From assembly GCA_042568575.1 (NCBI GenBank), contig JBHPIO010000009.1, positions 1 to 55,225 on the forward strand: a stretch of DNA of 55,225 bases, read 5' to 3'. This document shows positions 8,495-19,800 of the stretch, in pieces. The DNA is from Patescibacteria group bacterium. Its GTDB lineage: Bacteria; Patescibacteriota; Gracilibacteria; UBA1369; PNNO01. The notes beneath the pieces were generated by a model that searched no databases, was not told the origin of the DNA, and saw nothing but the letters and a program-made list of their open reading frames with translations. The translations under genes were made by a program, and so were the position numbers. Numbering within the stretch: position 1 is the first letter of the stretch; each line of letters begins with the position of its first letter.

Positions 8495-10150
8495 ATGACA
8501 ACATTTTCGCAATTCAACCTTTCTAACGATATTCAGCAAACCTTGAAAGAAAAGGATTTCTTGGAGCCAACTCCGGTTCAGGAGAAGGTGATACCTCAAA
8601 TTCTTGAAAGCGCGCAGGATCTTATTGCGCTCGCACAAACAGGAACAGGAAAAACGGCTGCTTACAGTCTTCCGGTTCTTACAAAAATGGATATAAATGA
8701 TCGTAATGTACAAACGGTTGTTTTAAGTCCAACAAGAGAACTTGCAATGCAGATTGCAAAAGATATGAGGAGTTTTTCAAAGAATATGAACGGTCTTCAA
8801 GTAGTCGCTGTGTATGGAGGATCTTCTATTCAGGATCAAATACGAGATATAAAGAGAGGCGCGCAAGTGGTGGTAGGAACACCGGGTCGCATGCTCGATT
8901 TATTAAATAGAAAAGTACTTAAACTTGGTAATGTGCAATGGGCGATTCTTGATGAAGCAGATGAAATGCTCAACATGGGGTTCGTGGAAGATATTTCAAG
9001 TATATTGAGTAATACGCCAGAAACTAAGCAAACACTTCTCTTTTCAGCAACGATGTCAAGAACTATTGAAAAGATTGCTCGAAAATATATGACCTCTCCA
9101 ATGCGTATTGAAGTTAAGGCTACACCAACTACGCAGCTGGCAATTTCTCATCAATACATGATGGTTCCGGCTCGGGACAAAGTGACTGCATTCCAAAGAT
9201 ACAGAGCGCTTCACCCGGAAATGTATGGGATTCTGTTTTGTCGGACTAAAAGAGAAACGCAAGAAATCGGAGATGCGCTACTTAAAAGTGGGTATCCAAC
9301 AGGAGTACTTCACGGAGATATAGAGCAACGTCATAGAACGCACATTATGGAAGCATTTAAAAGAAAAGACATCAGCCTATTGGTTGCAACAGACGTAGCA
9401 GCCAGAGGCATTGATGTAGCAAAACTCACACATGTTATTCATGTCGGAGTTCCTGAGAAAGTTGAAAGCTACACGCATAGAAGTGGTCGTACAGGTCGTG
9501 CGAATGAGAAGGGGATTTCGTTAGTGCTTGCACATTTAAGAGAGCATCGTGCTTTACAGAAAATTGAGAAAATGAAAGGGCTAACTTTTAAAGAGGTAAA
9601 GGTTCCAAAGAGGGAAGACATGATTAAAGTAGATATAGATAAGTATGCTAATCGAATTGGGGATGAAAAAGAGGCGTCTCCACTCGCAAATAAATATGTA
9701 GATGAAATGTTAAACGGTCTTTCTAAGGATGATATGGGGATAGTTGCAAGAAAGGCGCTTCTGCTTGCTGTAGAAGAAAGGATAAGCAAGTATCCGGAAG
9801 AGAATTTAGATCGATCACCGGCGAAACGTCGGGCAATGAAACGAAGCAGCAATGAACCAATGAAGACTTTGATTATTTCTATTGGAAGACGAAATATGCT
9901 TACAGTTCCTCATCTGCTCGGCATGATTAACGAAGTAACAAGAGGCGAAAGAGTTGATGTCGGACACATCCAATTAGGAACCAAAGAATCAAGCTTTGAA
10001 GTTCCATCTAATTTCGTAGAAAAGCTATGCAGGGCAATGTCTGAACGTAGGTTCAAAGGTCAAAATGTACTTGTTCGACAAGGTTCTCCGGTAAAGCGAA
10101 GCGCGCAGCCAAGAAGGCCTAGAGGAAAGAGAAGGGCTTCGAGGTACTAA
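8495..10150 (+). CDS. DEAD-box RNA helicase with DbpA-type C-terminal RNA-binding domain
   Basis: Q motif, AQTGTGKT, PTRELA, DEAD, SAT, ARGID, HRSGRTGR. Confidence 0.93.
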   Translation: MTTFSQFNLSNDIQQTLKEKDFLEPTPVQEKVIPQILESAQDLIALAQTGTGKTAAYSLPVLTKMDINDRNVQTVVLSPTRELAMQIAKDMRSFSKNMNGLQVVAVYGGSSIQDQIRDIKRGAQVVVGTPGRMLDLLNRKVLKLGNVQWAILDEADEMLNMGFVEDISSILSNTPETKQTLLFSATMSRTIEKIARKYMTSPMRIEVKATPTTQLAISHQYMMVPARDKVTAFQRYRALHPEMYGILFCRTKRETQEIGDALLKSGYPTGVLHGDIEQRHRTHIMEAFKRKDISLLVATDVAARGIDVAKLTHVIHVGVPEKVESYTHRSGRTGRANEKGISLVLAHLREHRALQKIEKMKGLTFKEVKVPKREDMIKVDIDKYANRIGDEKEASPLANKYVDEMLNGLSKDDMGIVARKALLLAVEERISKYPEENLDRSPAKRRAMKRSSNEPMKTLIISIGRRNMLTVPHLLGMINEVTRGERVDVGHIQLGTKESSFEVPSNFVEKLCRAMSERRFKGQNVLVRQGSPVKRSAQPRRPRGKRRASRY

Positions 10151-10221
10151 AAAAGTCGTGTATTGCCGAATTCGCTTTGATAATATAAATTATGATTAGT
10201 TAATTAACTATTTTAATTTTT

Positions 10222-10812
10222 ATGCAACACACTTCAAATGATTCAAAAAAACAGGTTTCTAGGTTTATTAGATCTTTTCTAGGTTTAGGAATATTTAGTT
10301 CTGCCTTGACAATCCTTTTTCTTGGAATGAGGGCTGTTATGATGGTTGGTGGATTTTGCGCTGAAGGTGGTCCCTATGAAATAGCTATTCCATGTCCACA
10401 AGGGATTGCAGCGTTAATGCCTCTATCCATTTTAGTGATGTTTATAGGTGGGGGTCTCTATTTCTCAGCTCCTCTCAAAAATGGACCAAGATGGGGATTC
10501 TTATTTTGGAGTGCTTTATTTGTTTCACTAGGATGGAATTTTTTTGAATTCGCAATTTATCCACCCATGGGTGAAGGGATTGCAATTGCATGGATAGTCT
10601 GCGGGGTGATTTTTGTGATTATGGGGCTTGCTCCAATATTACTTATATCAAGAGTAAATGCATTCAAAATAATGTTTGGATTAAAGGAAACAAATTCGTT
10701 TGTTTCATCAACTTCAATATTTACGTCTAAAAAAATAGCATTATTGATGCATTTTATCGCTGTAGCAAGCGGTGTATATTTTGGACTAAAACTATATGCT
10801 CTATTCACCTAG
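10222..10812 (+). CDS. Hypothetical membrane protein
   Basis: About 5 hydrophobic segments; GGFCAEGGPYEIAIPCP loop. Confidence 0.7.
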   Translation: MQHTSNDSKKQVSRFIRSFLGLGIFSSALTILFLGMRAVMMVGGFCAEGGPYEIAIPCPQGIAALMPLSILVMFIGGGLYFSAPLKNGPRWGFLFWSALFVSLGWNFFEFAIYPPMGEGIAIAWIVCGVIFVIMGLAPILLISRVNAFKIMFGLKETNSFVSSTSIFTSKKIALLMHFIAVASGVYFGLKLYALFT

Positions 10813-10822
10813 ATTGCATAAT

Positions 10823-11497
10823 ATGGAAAAATTCCTGGACAAATATAGGAATCACGCAATCATCGCCACTGTCATTGTTTATGCAATGGTTGTATGGCTA
10901 CATTTCCCGAACGCATTTTGGTTAGGCATTTTCCTTTTAGTCATGTGCTTGTTTGCATTAAAGAAAGAACATATCAAAAAGATAGTTTTTTTGGGATTAC
11001 CAATTGCAACAATACCTCTCTACTGGTTCTTAATTTTTTTAATTGCCAAATATATCAAAATCCCAATTTTATCTGACTTGGATAGCACAACGTCATTTTG
11101 GATATTGGCCATTATTTTCGCCCTGATACATTTAGTTTTATATAGGAATTTTTGGACATGGATACGAAAGAAATCAGTTATTGTTTTAATAGCCTCTTTT
11201 ATTCTGATAGCTATTATTGCCCTGGTTTTTTCACATTTTGCACAAGATTGCTATTACGGGAGTTTTGTTGAAATGGGCAAAGGAGCAGGAAAACAAGCTT
11301 ACGAACATTGTAAGATTTTTAATTTACCGTGGTTCTATCAATCTTCATGCAACAAATGTGAGATAGGATATATTTTTCTCCAGGCAGAAATTTTTGTATT
11401 CATAATTATTCCTCTATTGGTTGCCGAAGGATTAGTGATTATGAGATTTGGTCAGTCTGCTAGGAAAAAAGTTTCAAAACAAACTAAAAAAGAGTAG
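10823..11497 (+). CDS. Hypothetical membrane protein
   Basis: About 6 TM segments with a Cys-containing loop; start set at ATG 10823. Confidence 0.65.
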   Translation: MEKFLDKYRNHAIIATVIVYAMVVWLHFPNAFWLGIFLLVMCLFALKKEHIKKIVFLGLPIATIPLYWFLIFLIAKYIKIPILSDLDSTTSFWILAIIFALIHLVLYRNFWTWIRKKSVIVLIASFILIAIIALVFSHFAQDCYYGSFVEMGKGAGKQAYEHCKIFNLPWFYQSSCNKCEIGYIFLQAEIFVFIIIPLLVAEGLVIMRFGQSARKKVSKQTKKE

Positions 11498-11523
11498 AAT
11501 CAACCATATAAAAAGTTAGAACT

Positions 11524-12714
11524 ATGAAAAGAGTTTTTCTAGCAACTATGGCTTTATGTTTGATAGTATCGCTCCAAGGAGCGCAACTCGTTTTTGCGCA
11601 GGATTTTACAACCGCACCAGATTTGAGTGGGGCAGATTATGAAACGGAAATCGTTGAACACCCGGATGGAACCATTGAGGTAATAAGAAAGTATAAATTT
11701 TACGAGCAAATCAAAATTCCAAAAGAAATTTTTGTGAGAGAAATCGTAGGCTACGAAAATCCAATACTCGATGATGAGCACATAATGAGTCCTCAGGAAA
11801 TTTCACGCGATCTTTTTGTTATTGGAACAAACGCATTTCTTTCGATATTAATATTTCTTGTGGTTGGACTTGCGTGTTTTCTATTCAATAACGTTATTGA
11901 AGCGCACGGAGATGATATCAATAAGTTTACAAAAAAGATCCCGATACTCAGCCTTTTTCAAGGGGACAAACTGCATAAAAAATCCATACTTAAAAAACTG
12001 TTTCTTTTTGTGATCCTTTTGCTTTTTGGGCTTGTTGCAGCGCATATCAGTCCGGACTTCAATCTTCTTGAACAGGAGAATTTGGGGATAGTCGTAGTGA
12101 CGGTGGTTGCAATTATCATCGCAACATACGCAAAGGATATTTGGCGATTGGCTGTAGCAAGACGAAACGATTGGCCAGCTTTCTTCAAACCTAACATGCT
12201 TGGACTTTTCTTAGCGATAATTTGTGTAGCCTTGAGTCGAAAGTTAGAAATTCCGCCAGGCTACTTATTTGGAATCCCAATGGGTCTATTTATTTTCTCA
12301 AAACATTTTAATAAAAATGAAGGTAAGTTCGAGTTTTCCGCTTTAACCTGGATGTTCTTCATGGCAATAGTGGTTTGGTTTATTACGCCATATACTGCGG
12401 AATATGAAGTTGTTTTTGATCTATTCAATCTATTATATGTGATCCTTCTTGAAGGACTTTTCTTTGAACTTTTCCCAATTACATTTCTTCCAGGAAAGGC
12501 AATTTTCAAATGGAGCAAGGTCGCATGGGCTTTCCTCTTCGGCTCTGTTTCATTCCTTTTGCTTCACACACTCTTCAATCCAAACAGCACAGTAAGTGCT
12601 ATCGCGGATAGTCAACCAACTATGAATACTCTAATCATTCTTGGAATTTTTGTATTGTTCTGCTTTACTGTTTGGGGGATTGCGAGAGTGAGGTTAATGT
12701 TGCGTAAGGCTTAG
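11524..12714 (+). CDS. Polytopic membrane protein with signal peptide (FGLLP-motif-like)
   Basis: Signal peptide, many TM segments, PGYLFGIPMG and ELFPITFLPGKAIFKWS motifs. Confidence 0.6.
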   Translation: MKRVFLATMALCLIVSLQGAQLVFAQDFTTAPDLSGADYETEIVEHPDGTIEVIRKYKFYEQIKIPKEIFVREIVGYENPILDDEHIMSPQEISRDLFVIGTNAFLSILIFLVVGLACFLFNNVIEAHGDDINKFTKKIPILSLFQGDKLHKKSILKKLFLFVILLLFGLVAAHISPDFNLLEQENLGIVVVTVVAIIIATYAKDIWRLAVARRNDWPAFFKPNMLGLFLAIICVALSRKLEIPPGYLFGIPMGLFIFSKHFNKNEGKFEFSALTWMFFMAIVVWFITPYTAEYEVVFDLFNLLYVILLEGLFFELFPITFLPGKAIFKWSKVAWAFLFGSVSFLLLHTLFNPNSTVSAIADSQPTMNTLIILGIFVLFCFTVWGIARVRLMLRKA

Positions 12715-12734
12715 ATTAAAATTCAATAATTTAT

Positions 12735-14324
12735 ATGGAACAAACTTGCAAACAGTGTGATAAAAAGTTTGAAATCCCTCAGAAAGATTTAGATTTTTTG
12801 CATAAGATTTCACCGGTTTTTGCAGGTAAGAAACATGAAATTCCACCTCCAAAAATTTGCCCTATATGTCGTCAGCAAAGAAGATTAGCTAATAGAAATG
12901 AGCGTGTATTTTATAATAGGAAGTGTGATATGTCCGGCAAATCCATCATTTCCATATATTCTCCCGATAAACCCTACAAAGTTTATGATCAGGAAGAATG
13001 GTGGAGTGATAAATGGGATGCATCGGATTATGGCCGTGACTTTGATTTTGGGCCGAAGGTCAGAACATTTAGTGAACAACTAAGAGCTCTTTATATAGAT
13101 GTTCCTCACGTATCTCTATATAACATTAACGTTGAAAATAGCTATTATACAAATTATGCGCTTAATCAAAGAAATTGTTATTTGATCTTTGGAGCAGGTA
13201 ATAATGAGGATTGTTTGTTTGGGAAATTTATTGTTGAGTGTAAAGATGTTTTGGATAGTTTGTCTGTTTTTTCATGCGAGCTTTGTTATGAAGGGATTGC
13301 GTCCGAAAAATGTTATGGATGTATGTATTTTGTGAATTGCAGAAATTGTAGTAGTTGTTTGATGATTGAGGATTGCTCGGGATGCAAAGATTGCATCGCG
13401 TGTTTTGGACTTCGTGCTAAGCAGTATTGCATTGGGAATAAACAATTTTCTAAAGATGAATATGAGAGATTGGCAAAAGATTATAAAGAACTAACTGAAG
13501 AAAAAATACAATATCTACGTGAAATTTTAGATGATTTAAAATCTAAGCTACCACACATACAATCACACATATATGCAAGCGAAAATTGCACAGGAGATGG
13601 CTTGTATAACTGCAAAAATTGCACAGATGCATTTGATTGTAAAGACTGCGAAGATTGCAAAAACATCAATTTCTCTCCAAAGTGTGTTGAAACTCAGGAT
13701 TGTTGTTTTTGCGCTCCAGATGGGGTGAGATTTAGTTATAATGTTTGTTCTACTGTGGATTTGGAAAATTCAATGACGACTTTCTTTGTTTGGTATGGTA
13801 GTGATATCTACTACTCAATGGATTGTCACAGTTGTAATAATATTTTTGGATGTGTTGGATTGAGAAACAAGAAATATTGCATTTTGAACAAGCAGTATAC
13901 AAAGGAAGAATATGAAGAAATGGTTTCAAAAATTATTGATCATATGCAGAAAACGGGGGAGTGGGGCGAGTATTTTCCTTACAACATAATGCCATTTTCA
14001 TATAATGAAACGATTGCCCAGGAGTACTTTCCTTTAAACAAAGAGCAGGCAACTGCATTGGGTGCTACATGGAAAGATGATAAGAAAGAAAGCAAAGAAT
14101 TCAAATTAATCCCTCAGGAATTAAAGTTTTACGAAAAGATGGGGTTGCCGAAACCAACAAAACATCCGGACGAAAGACACTTTGATCGTCTTAAAAAACA
14201 CAATTTCATTAATCTGTTTAACAGGAGTTGTAATAAATGCGGAACTGAGATTAAAACGATTCATTCTCCTGACAACAACGAAAAGGTTTATTGCGAAAAA
14301 TGTTATTTAGAAGAGGTATATTAA
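12735..14324 (+). CDS. Cys-rich repeat / zinc-ribbon protein, paralog 2
   Basis: N-terminal CxxC..CPxCR..RNER module, Cys repeats, IFGCVGLRNKKYCILNKQY, C-terminal VYCEKCYLEEVY. Confidence 0.8.
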   Translation: MEQTCKQCDKKFEIPQKDLDFLHKISPVFAGKKHEIPPPKICPICRQQRRLANRNERVFYNRKCDMSGKSIISIYSPDKPYKVYDQEEWWSDKWDASDYGRDFDFGPKVRTFSEQLRALYIDVPHVSLYNINVENSYYTNYALNQRNCYLIFGAGNNEDCLFGKFIVECKDVLDSLSVFSCELCYEGIASEKCYGCMYFVNCRNCSSCLMIEDCSGCKDCIACFGLRAKQYCIGNKQFSKDEYERLAKDYKELTEEKIQYLREILDDLKSKLPHIQSHIYASENCTGDGLYNCKNCTDAFDCKDCEDCKNINFSPKCVETQDCCFCAPDGVRFSYNVCSTVDLENSMTTFFVWYGSDIYYSMDCHSCNNIFGCVGLRNKKYCILNKQYTKEEYEEMVSKIIDHMQKTGEWGEYFPYNIMPFSYNETIAQEYFPLNKEQATALGATWKDDKKESKEFKLIPQELKFYEKMGLPKPTKHPDERHFDRLKKHNFINLFNRSCNKCGTEIKTIHSPDNNEKVYCEKCYLEEVY

Positions 14325-14337
14325 TAACCCAAGAATC

Positions 14338-14877
14338 ATGAAAAAAACGCTTTTTATTACAGTTCTAATGTTGATGGCATTCGCTTTTGCTGGTTGCTCT
14401 CAAACTCAACCGGAAGAACAAGTGGCAGAAGAAATGGCGGCGCCTTTGGCAGAACCGGTTGTGCGAGATACAGAACCTGAAGATCTTCCAGAAGAAGCTA
14501 TTTCTGAACCAATCGAAAAAGTTCAAGTTGATCCATTAGAAGAATTTGATTACCAGGCTTTATTGGAAGACGTGAGTGGCGGAAGTGCCTCGGGGAAAGT
14601 TTCCGCAACATTTGAGGATGAATATATACTGTATGCGACTTTTGAGGATCTACCAGACCTAGAAGAAGATTTCTTTTATGAAGGATGGGTCGTTAGAAAT
14701 AATCCACTTTCAGTTTTAAGCACAGGTAAAGCTGAACTGGTAAACAAAAAATACGTAAATAGATTTTCAGCAGAAGGTGACCTCACAGATCACACATTTT
14801 ACGTTCTTACCTTAGAACCAAATGATGGAGATCCAGCTCCTGCAGGCCATATTTTAGAAGGGACTTTGGCTAAATAG
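14338..14877 (+). CDS. Lipoprotein with RskA-C-like domain
   Basis: Lipobox FAGC; FYEGWVV...LTLEPNDGDPAP..ILEG. Confidence 0.6.
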   Translation: MKKTLFITVLMLMAFAFAGCSQTQPEEQVAEEMAAPLAEPVVRDTEPEDLPEEAISEPIEKVQVDPLEEFDYQALLEDVSGGSASGKVSATFEDEYILYATFEDLPDLEEDFFYEGWVVRNNPLSVLSTGKAELVNKKYVNRFSAEGDLTDHTFYVLTLEPNDGDPAPAGHILEGTLAK

Positions 14878-14879
14878 TT

Positions 14880-16121
14880 ATGATCAATCCAGAAACATTT
14901 ATAGAGGATTTTAGAAAGTTGTACGTTGAATCTCCACAATGTGGGTCATGGACTCGCGCAAGTGAGAATTGCGATTATGGTGATATTACCACCACATCAA
15001 AGGATTGTTATATGTGTTTCAATTCCGGAGGATGTGAGGATGCATATTATTGTGAAGATTCAAGATCTCTAACTAATTGCACTGATTGTGCATTTTGTGA
15101 GAAATGCGAACTTTGTTTTGAATGTGTGGATTGTGATGGTTTGAATAACTCAAATTATTGTCAGGATTGCCACAATTCATTTGATATCCATTTTTGCTAC
15201 GACGTAAGGAGATGCAATAATTGTATCGGCTGCGTAGGTTTAAGAGATAAGCAATATTGCATTTTTAATGAACAATATTCTAAGGAAGAATACGAAAAAG
15301 CGCTAAAAGACATTTCAGATGAGCGAACGATAGAACAGATCAATAAAAAAGTAGAGGAACTCAAAAGGAAAATTCCAAGAATGTACGTTCACCAATTTGA
15401 TACAACGGATTGCACGGGTGATTATGTCTATCACAGCAAAAATTGTCACATGTGTTTTGACACAAGGCATTCTGAAGATAGCGGATATATAATTCAGGCA
15501 AATTTGGATATGGGAGCTCGAGATAGCTTTGATTGTGGCCCAATACCAACATCAATGGATTTATGTTATGACGTTTCTTATTCTCACTATATGTTTAACA
15601 GCAATCATATTTACTGGTGTGGAAATTCAAAAGACTGCGAGTATTGCACAAACTGTTTCGAATCTGAGAATTTGTTTGGTTGCCATTATCTAAAAACGAA
15701 ACAAGACGGCTTTTACATTTTGAATCAAAAAGTGGATGAGGATTACTATCGTGAAACAACAAAAAAGATTAAAAAACTTTTGGAAGAAAAGGGGATTTAT
15801 ACATTGCACGATTTGTTATATAAGGACTTGTCGTCCGAGAAAGTAAGTTGTCCTGATGATCAGCTAAATAGAAAATGCACTATTTGTTCAAAAGAATTTG
15901 AAATTGTCCCGCAAGAAATAGAGTTCTATAAAAAGAAAGGAATAAAGATACCAATTTATTGTCCGGATTGTAGAGCAAAACAAAGAGTAGATCTGAGAAA
16001 CGATCGTACTATGTATAAACGTTCGTGCGACTCATGTAAAAATAGTTTGATTTCAACATATCCACCTGAAAGCAAATACATCGTATATTGTTTAAAATGT
16101 TATTGGAAACATATTAACTAG
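14880..16121 (+). CDS. Cys-rich repeat / zinc-ribbon protein, paralog 3
   Basis: CIGCVGLRDKQYCIFNEQYSKEEY; zinc-ribbon module only at the C-terminus. Confidence 0.8.
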   Translation: MINPETFIEDFRKLYVESPQCGSWTRASENCDYGDITTTSKDCYMCFNSGGCEDAYYCEDSRSLTNCTDCAFCEKCELCFECVDCDGLNNSNYCQDCHNSFDIHFCYDVRRCNNCIGCVGLRDKQYCIFNEQYSKEEYEKALKDISDERTIEQINKKVEELKRKIPRMYVHQFDTTDCTGDYVYHSKNCHMCFDTRHSEDSGYIIQANLDMGARDSFDCGPIPTSMDLCYDVSYSHYMFNSNHIYWCGNSKDCEYCTNCFESENLFGCHYLKTKQDGFYILNQKVDEDYYRETTKKIKKLLEEKGIYTLHDLLYKDLSSEKVSCPDDQLNRKCTICSKEFEIVPQEIEFYKKKGIKIPIYCPDCRAKQRVDLRNDRTMYKRSCDSCKNSLISTYPPESKYIVYCLKCYWKHIN

Positions 16122-16129
16122 CATGTTTT

Positions 16130-16399
16130 ATGGAAAAAAGTGAGGTTAAAGACTGCGTAAAATGCACAAAGAAATTTCTTGTCATTCCTCAAGAAAAAAC
16201 CTTTTATGAGAGGAAAAAGTTGCCTCTTCCTAAGGTCTGCCCGACATGCAGAAGAGATAGAAGAAGAAGCCTTAGAAACGAAAGGACTCTATACAAACGA
16301 ACTTGCGACAAATGCAGTGCAGAAGTAATGAGTACTTACCCTAAAGATAGTCCTTACGTTGTTTATTGCGAGAAATGCTATCTCAACATGTTTGCCTAA
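16130..16399 (+). CDS. Stand-alone zinc-ribbon module of the same family
   Basis: CxxC..F...E..FY....P..CPxCR..R...RNER.LY.R.CDxC.....Y......VYCEKCY. Confidence 0.8.
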   Translation: MEKSEVKDCVKCTKKFLVIPQEKTFYERKKLPLPKVCPTCRRDRRRSLRNERTLYKRTCDKCSAEVMSTYPKDSPYVVYCEKCYLNMFA

Positions 16400-16731
16400 A
16401 AATCCAAAATAACCTCCAAGGTCCCGCTGCCACCTCTATCGAATCTCCCCTCATAAACCCTTGTAACAAAAGGTTTGTCCTGTAGATATTTTTTGACGAA
16501 CGGCTTTATTACCGGCATTCCTTTTCGTGAATGGAGCCCTTTACCAGTAATGATAAGCACCTTCGAAAGCCCTCGATCGCGGCATTCTTCGATAAACTCA
16601 TCAACCAACTCTCTAATGTGATCCTGAGTTAAAACTCCGCGATCATGAAAATCGAATTCAGCTTGAGGTTTGCTCAAGTTGTCGTATTTGTTGTTTTTCT
16701 CTTTGCGTTGTTTTTTGCGTTTCTTTCCCAT
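16396..16731 (-). CDS. Smr/MutS2 domain protein
   Basis: DFHD..., VLIITGKGLHS, GGSGTLEV. Confidence 0.88.
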   Translation of the reverse strand: MGKKRKKQRKEKNNKYDNLSKPQAEFDFHDRGVLTQDHIRELVDEFIEECRDRGLSKVLIITGKGLHSRKGMPVIKPFVKKYLQDKPFVTRVYEGRFDRGGSGTLEVILDF

Positions 16732-16756
16732 GTAAATATACTAGCACAAACTTAAA

Positions 16757-16821
16757 GGAGTACTAAGTACTCGAGGTGAATTGGCTTAAACTAGCGATTT
16801 TCATTGGAGTACTAAGTACTC
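16757..16821. repeat. Pair of identical palindromes GGAGTACTAAGTACTC (REP-doublet-like)
   Basis: Exact 16-mer at 16757-16772 and 16806-16821; inverted partial copy at 37737-37750. Confidence 0.75.
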
Positions 16822-16854
16822 AAAAAAGCCCCTCCAAGTGCTGAAGGGGCTTTT
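16822..16854. terminator. Intrinsic terminator after the large secreted protein
   Basis: AAAAGCCCCT...AGGGGCTTTT with A/T tails on both sides. Confidence 0.75.
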
Positions 16855-16873
16855 CTTGCAAAACTAATGGTTT

Positions 16874-19800
16874 TTAGGTGTTGTATTCACCATAAGTTCC
16901 TACATTAATATTTGCGTCTGTAGTTCCATAATCATCCATAATTCCATGATCAGTTGTTATACCATCGATTGTAATACCTCCATCTCCGCTTCCAACGGTA
17001 ATTTCTGCACCTGATGCATTGTTTGTATAACCTCTATAGATTTTAAATGCTTCTTCATCACTATTGCTTAGATTTATCGTTGCATCAATAATAGCTCCAT
17101 GGTTATATAGTTCCCCACCTGCTGCTGTAGATTCTGCATCTCCAACTGAGATCCATACTCCGTCAATATCTGCATAATTGTGCATTTCTCCATCATTATA
17201 AACAAACATTTCATCAAAAGTTGTGTCGTTAGAATTGTTCATCTCACCATCACCTGAAATCATTATGTCTTCAGCGGTAGTAGCTCCCGATGATCCCATT
17301 GTGAATGTTCCACCTGTTACCTCAATGGAATATCCAGATGTTGAATTATCCCAGGTTCTTAAATCATCAGAAATATCAACTGTTCCATTACTAATGATTC
17401 CTTCCAAGAAACTGAAATTAGAATCAGCATCTGAAGAAATTTCACCAGTAGCATTTACAGTGACTAGATCTCTTGATTCAAAAGCTCCAAGAGCGGATCC
17501 TGTAAGAGAATAAGTAGAATTGTTTTCTAAGTGTCCATAGTCTCCAATCGTAGTAAGTCCATCAACCAAAAGTCTTGCTGTGGGGGACACTCCATCAACT
17601 ATTTCTATTTTTCCTTCATTTGTTGCATCACCATAAATATATAAATTTGCGTCTTCTCCACCGGAATCATCTACCTCAACAGCTGATGCAATTGATATCA
17701 AGCCAAGTTGCCCTACAGTCACGTTTCCAAATTTTGTAAATCCGGCACCAGAACTAGTATTTAGAGTTGCTTGAGTAGAAATAGCATAAATATTTATTTG
17801 TCCTGCAACTTCAAAAGCATCAGAGCCACTGAGGATATTTATATCCCCTCCATCTCTTATCAAGGCAGCTCCACTTGTTGTATCAGTAACATAAAAATTG
17901 CCATCCTCCTCATTATCTAGTTGCCCTCCTGTTTGACTAGCGAGGCCCATCTGCAATTCATCTGTTGTTGACTCACCATAATTGTTGTAAACAGAATATC
18001 TCGTTAATATAATTTCATCTACATCTACAGTTGCATTTGTTTCTGAGCTTGATCCATTATTAAACTCACCAAAATATTGGAATTTTATAAATGAAGATTC
18101 TACTTCGCCATCATCATGATTTTGAAACAATGATGTTCCTGTACCATTTTGATCTTTAATCTCATCACCTCCTACAAGGGCGTAATTATCTACAGTGCCA
18201 CCTGGGTAAATGATTATGTCCGAAGCAGGTGTTGTTTGCCAATTCACTTCGGCGTTTGCATTTGCAAGAGTTCCTGTACGATTTGCTCCATTGTACAAAT
18301 TGCCACCATTATAAATGCTTATATCCCCTATAATCCCTTCATCTGCGGGATCAGCACCATCCAAAATTCCATCACCAGCCGTATTATATAATTCTCCTCC
18401 ATCATTAGTTGCATCACCAATATTAATATTGCCCTCAAGGTAACCCAAACTATAATTTAATAATTCATACTGGTCATCTTCTTCTCCTACGCCAGAATCT
18501 TCATATAAATAAATTGTTGACGAATCAAGGTTTCCATAATTAGCAAAGGTCCCAGGATCACTTGAAGATGTCCCGATATAAAGAGTTGTAGTTTCAAAAT
18601 CTGCTCCTGACCAATTTTCTATAAAACTGCCCTCATAAATTGTGGCACTCGTGTCAAATGACATTAGGCCGCCATGGTTGTCAATAAATGAGCCGTAGTT
18701 CATTACCAACACATCTGCTCCTTCAAAATTTCCATCGTTATCGATGTACGCATCGGTATACATTACTAGATCATCGCTAACTGTTAGTGTCCCATCGTTA
18801 TCAATGAAAGATTCATCATTCATTGTAATGTCTCCATTTGCAGCTGTGCCATTACCATCAACATAAAAAGTAGCTGCATTATTATCAAGAATACCATGAT
18901 CAATGATATATAAATTGCTGGCACGTGCGAGATTGTCAGAGTTAATCAATGTGCCATCTTCTGTTGCTGTCCCTTCGATTTGTATCTGACCGTCGATATC
19001 AAAATCATCAGCTCCTGATTTATTATTAATAGTCCCTTCATAAAGCAATATTGCATTAAATGATGTTCCTGTTTGATTTACGTCGAGATCACCAGAAATT
19101 TCATTATTAAATGTCCCTCCCGAAATATCCGAAACGCTATTTCCAACATGTAAACGATGCAAATCTGTATTCCCTTGATTCCTGAATTCACTAGAGTCAA
19201 ATAATTCAGCCCATCCATATGTTGAAGAGCCACTATCATAATTGTAATAATAACTAGTAGTATCCGCATTATGAAATAGGGCGGAATCTTCCATCTTAAG
19301 ATGAGTGCTTGTTGCGTCGACATTCCCATTATATCCTTGTCTTATCCAATAATAATTGGTTATTTGAGAATTGTTTTCCATCAAGATATCATCTTTTACA
19401 TCAATTGTTCCATTTGCTAAAACAGTCCCATTAGTAATATGGGAACTATCTGTCATGGTTATATCGTCGTTTACATCAAGAAGGCCTGTATTGCTCAAAG
19501 TTGGACTATCACCACTTCCTACATCATCCATCAATAAACTCCCATAAACGTATACGGTTCCACTGTTTGTTAAGGAAGAATCATCCTGCATAGATAAATC
19601 ATATGAGGCATTATCTTGATAAAAAGTTCCAGTATTAGTTACTTGTGCATCATCATTAATTTGCCACAATCTGCTAGCACAGGCACCATCACAATACAAA
19701 TCTGCACTATCATAAAGATGCGTGTTATAAATAACATCCAAAGTTCCATCTACATTTAAAATTCCTCCTACTGGGCTTCCGTCACTTTGCCCCATGTATA

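Noticed and set aside
1763-14324. Near-identical 3' ends of Cys-rich paralogs as DGR template/variable repeats
   Set aside because: The similarity is explained by a conserved protein motif with synonymous differences; no reverse transcriptase or adenine-specific pattern seen.
16757-16821. Possible mini CRISPR array (repeat, 33-bp gap, repeat)
   Set aside because: Repeat is only 16 bp with two copies, no cas genes are present, and dispersed single copies occur elsewhere.
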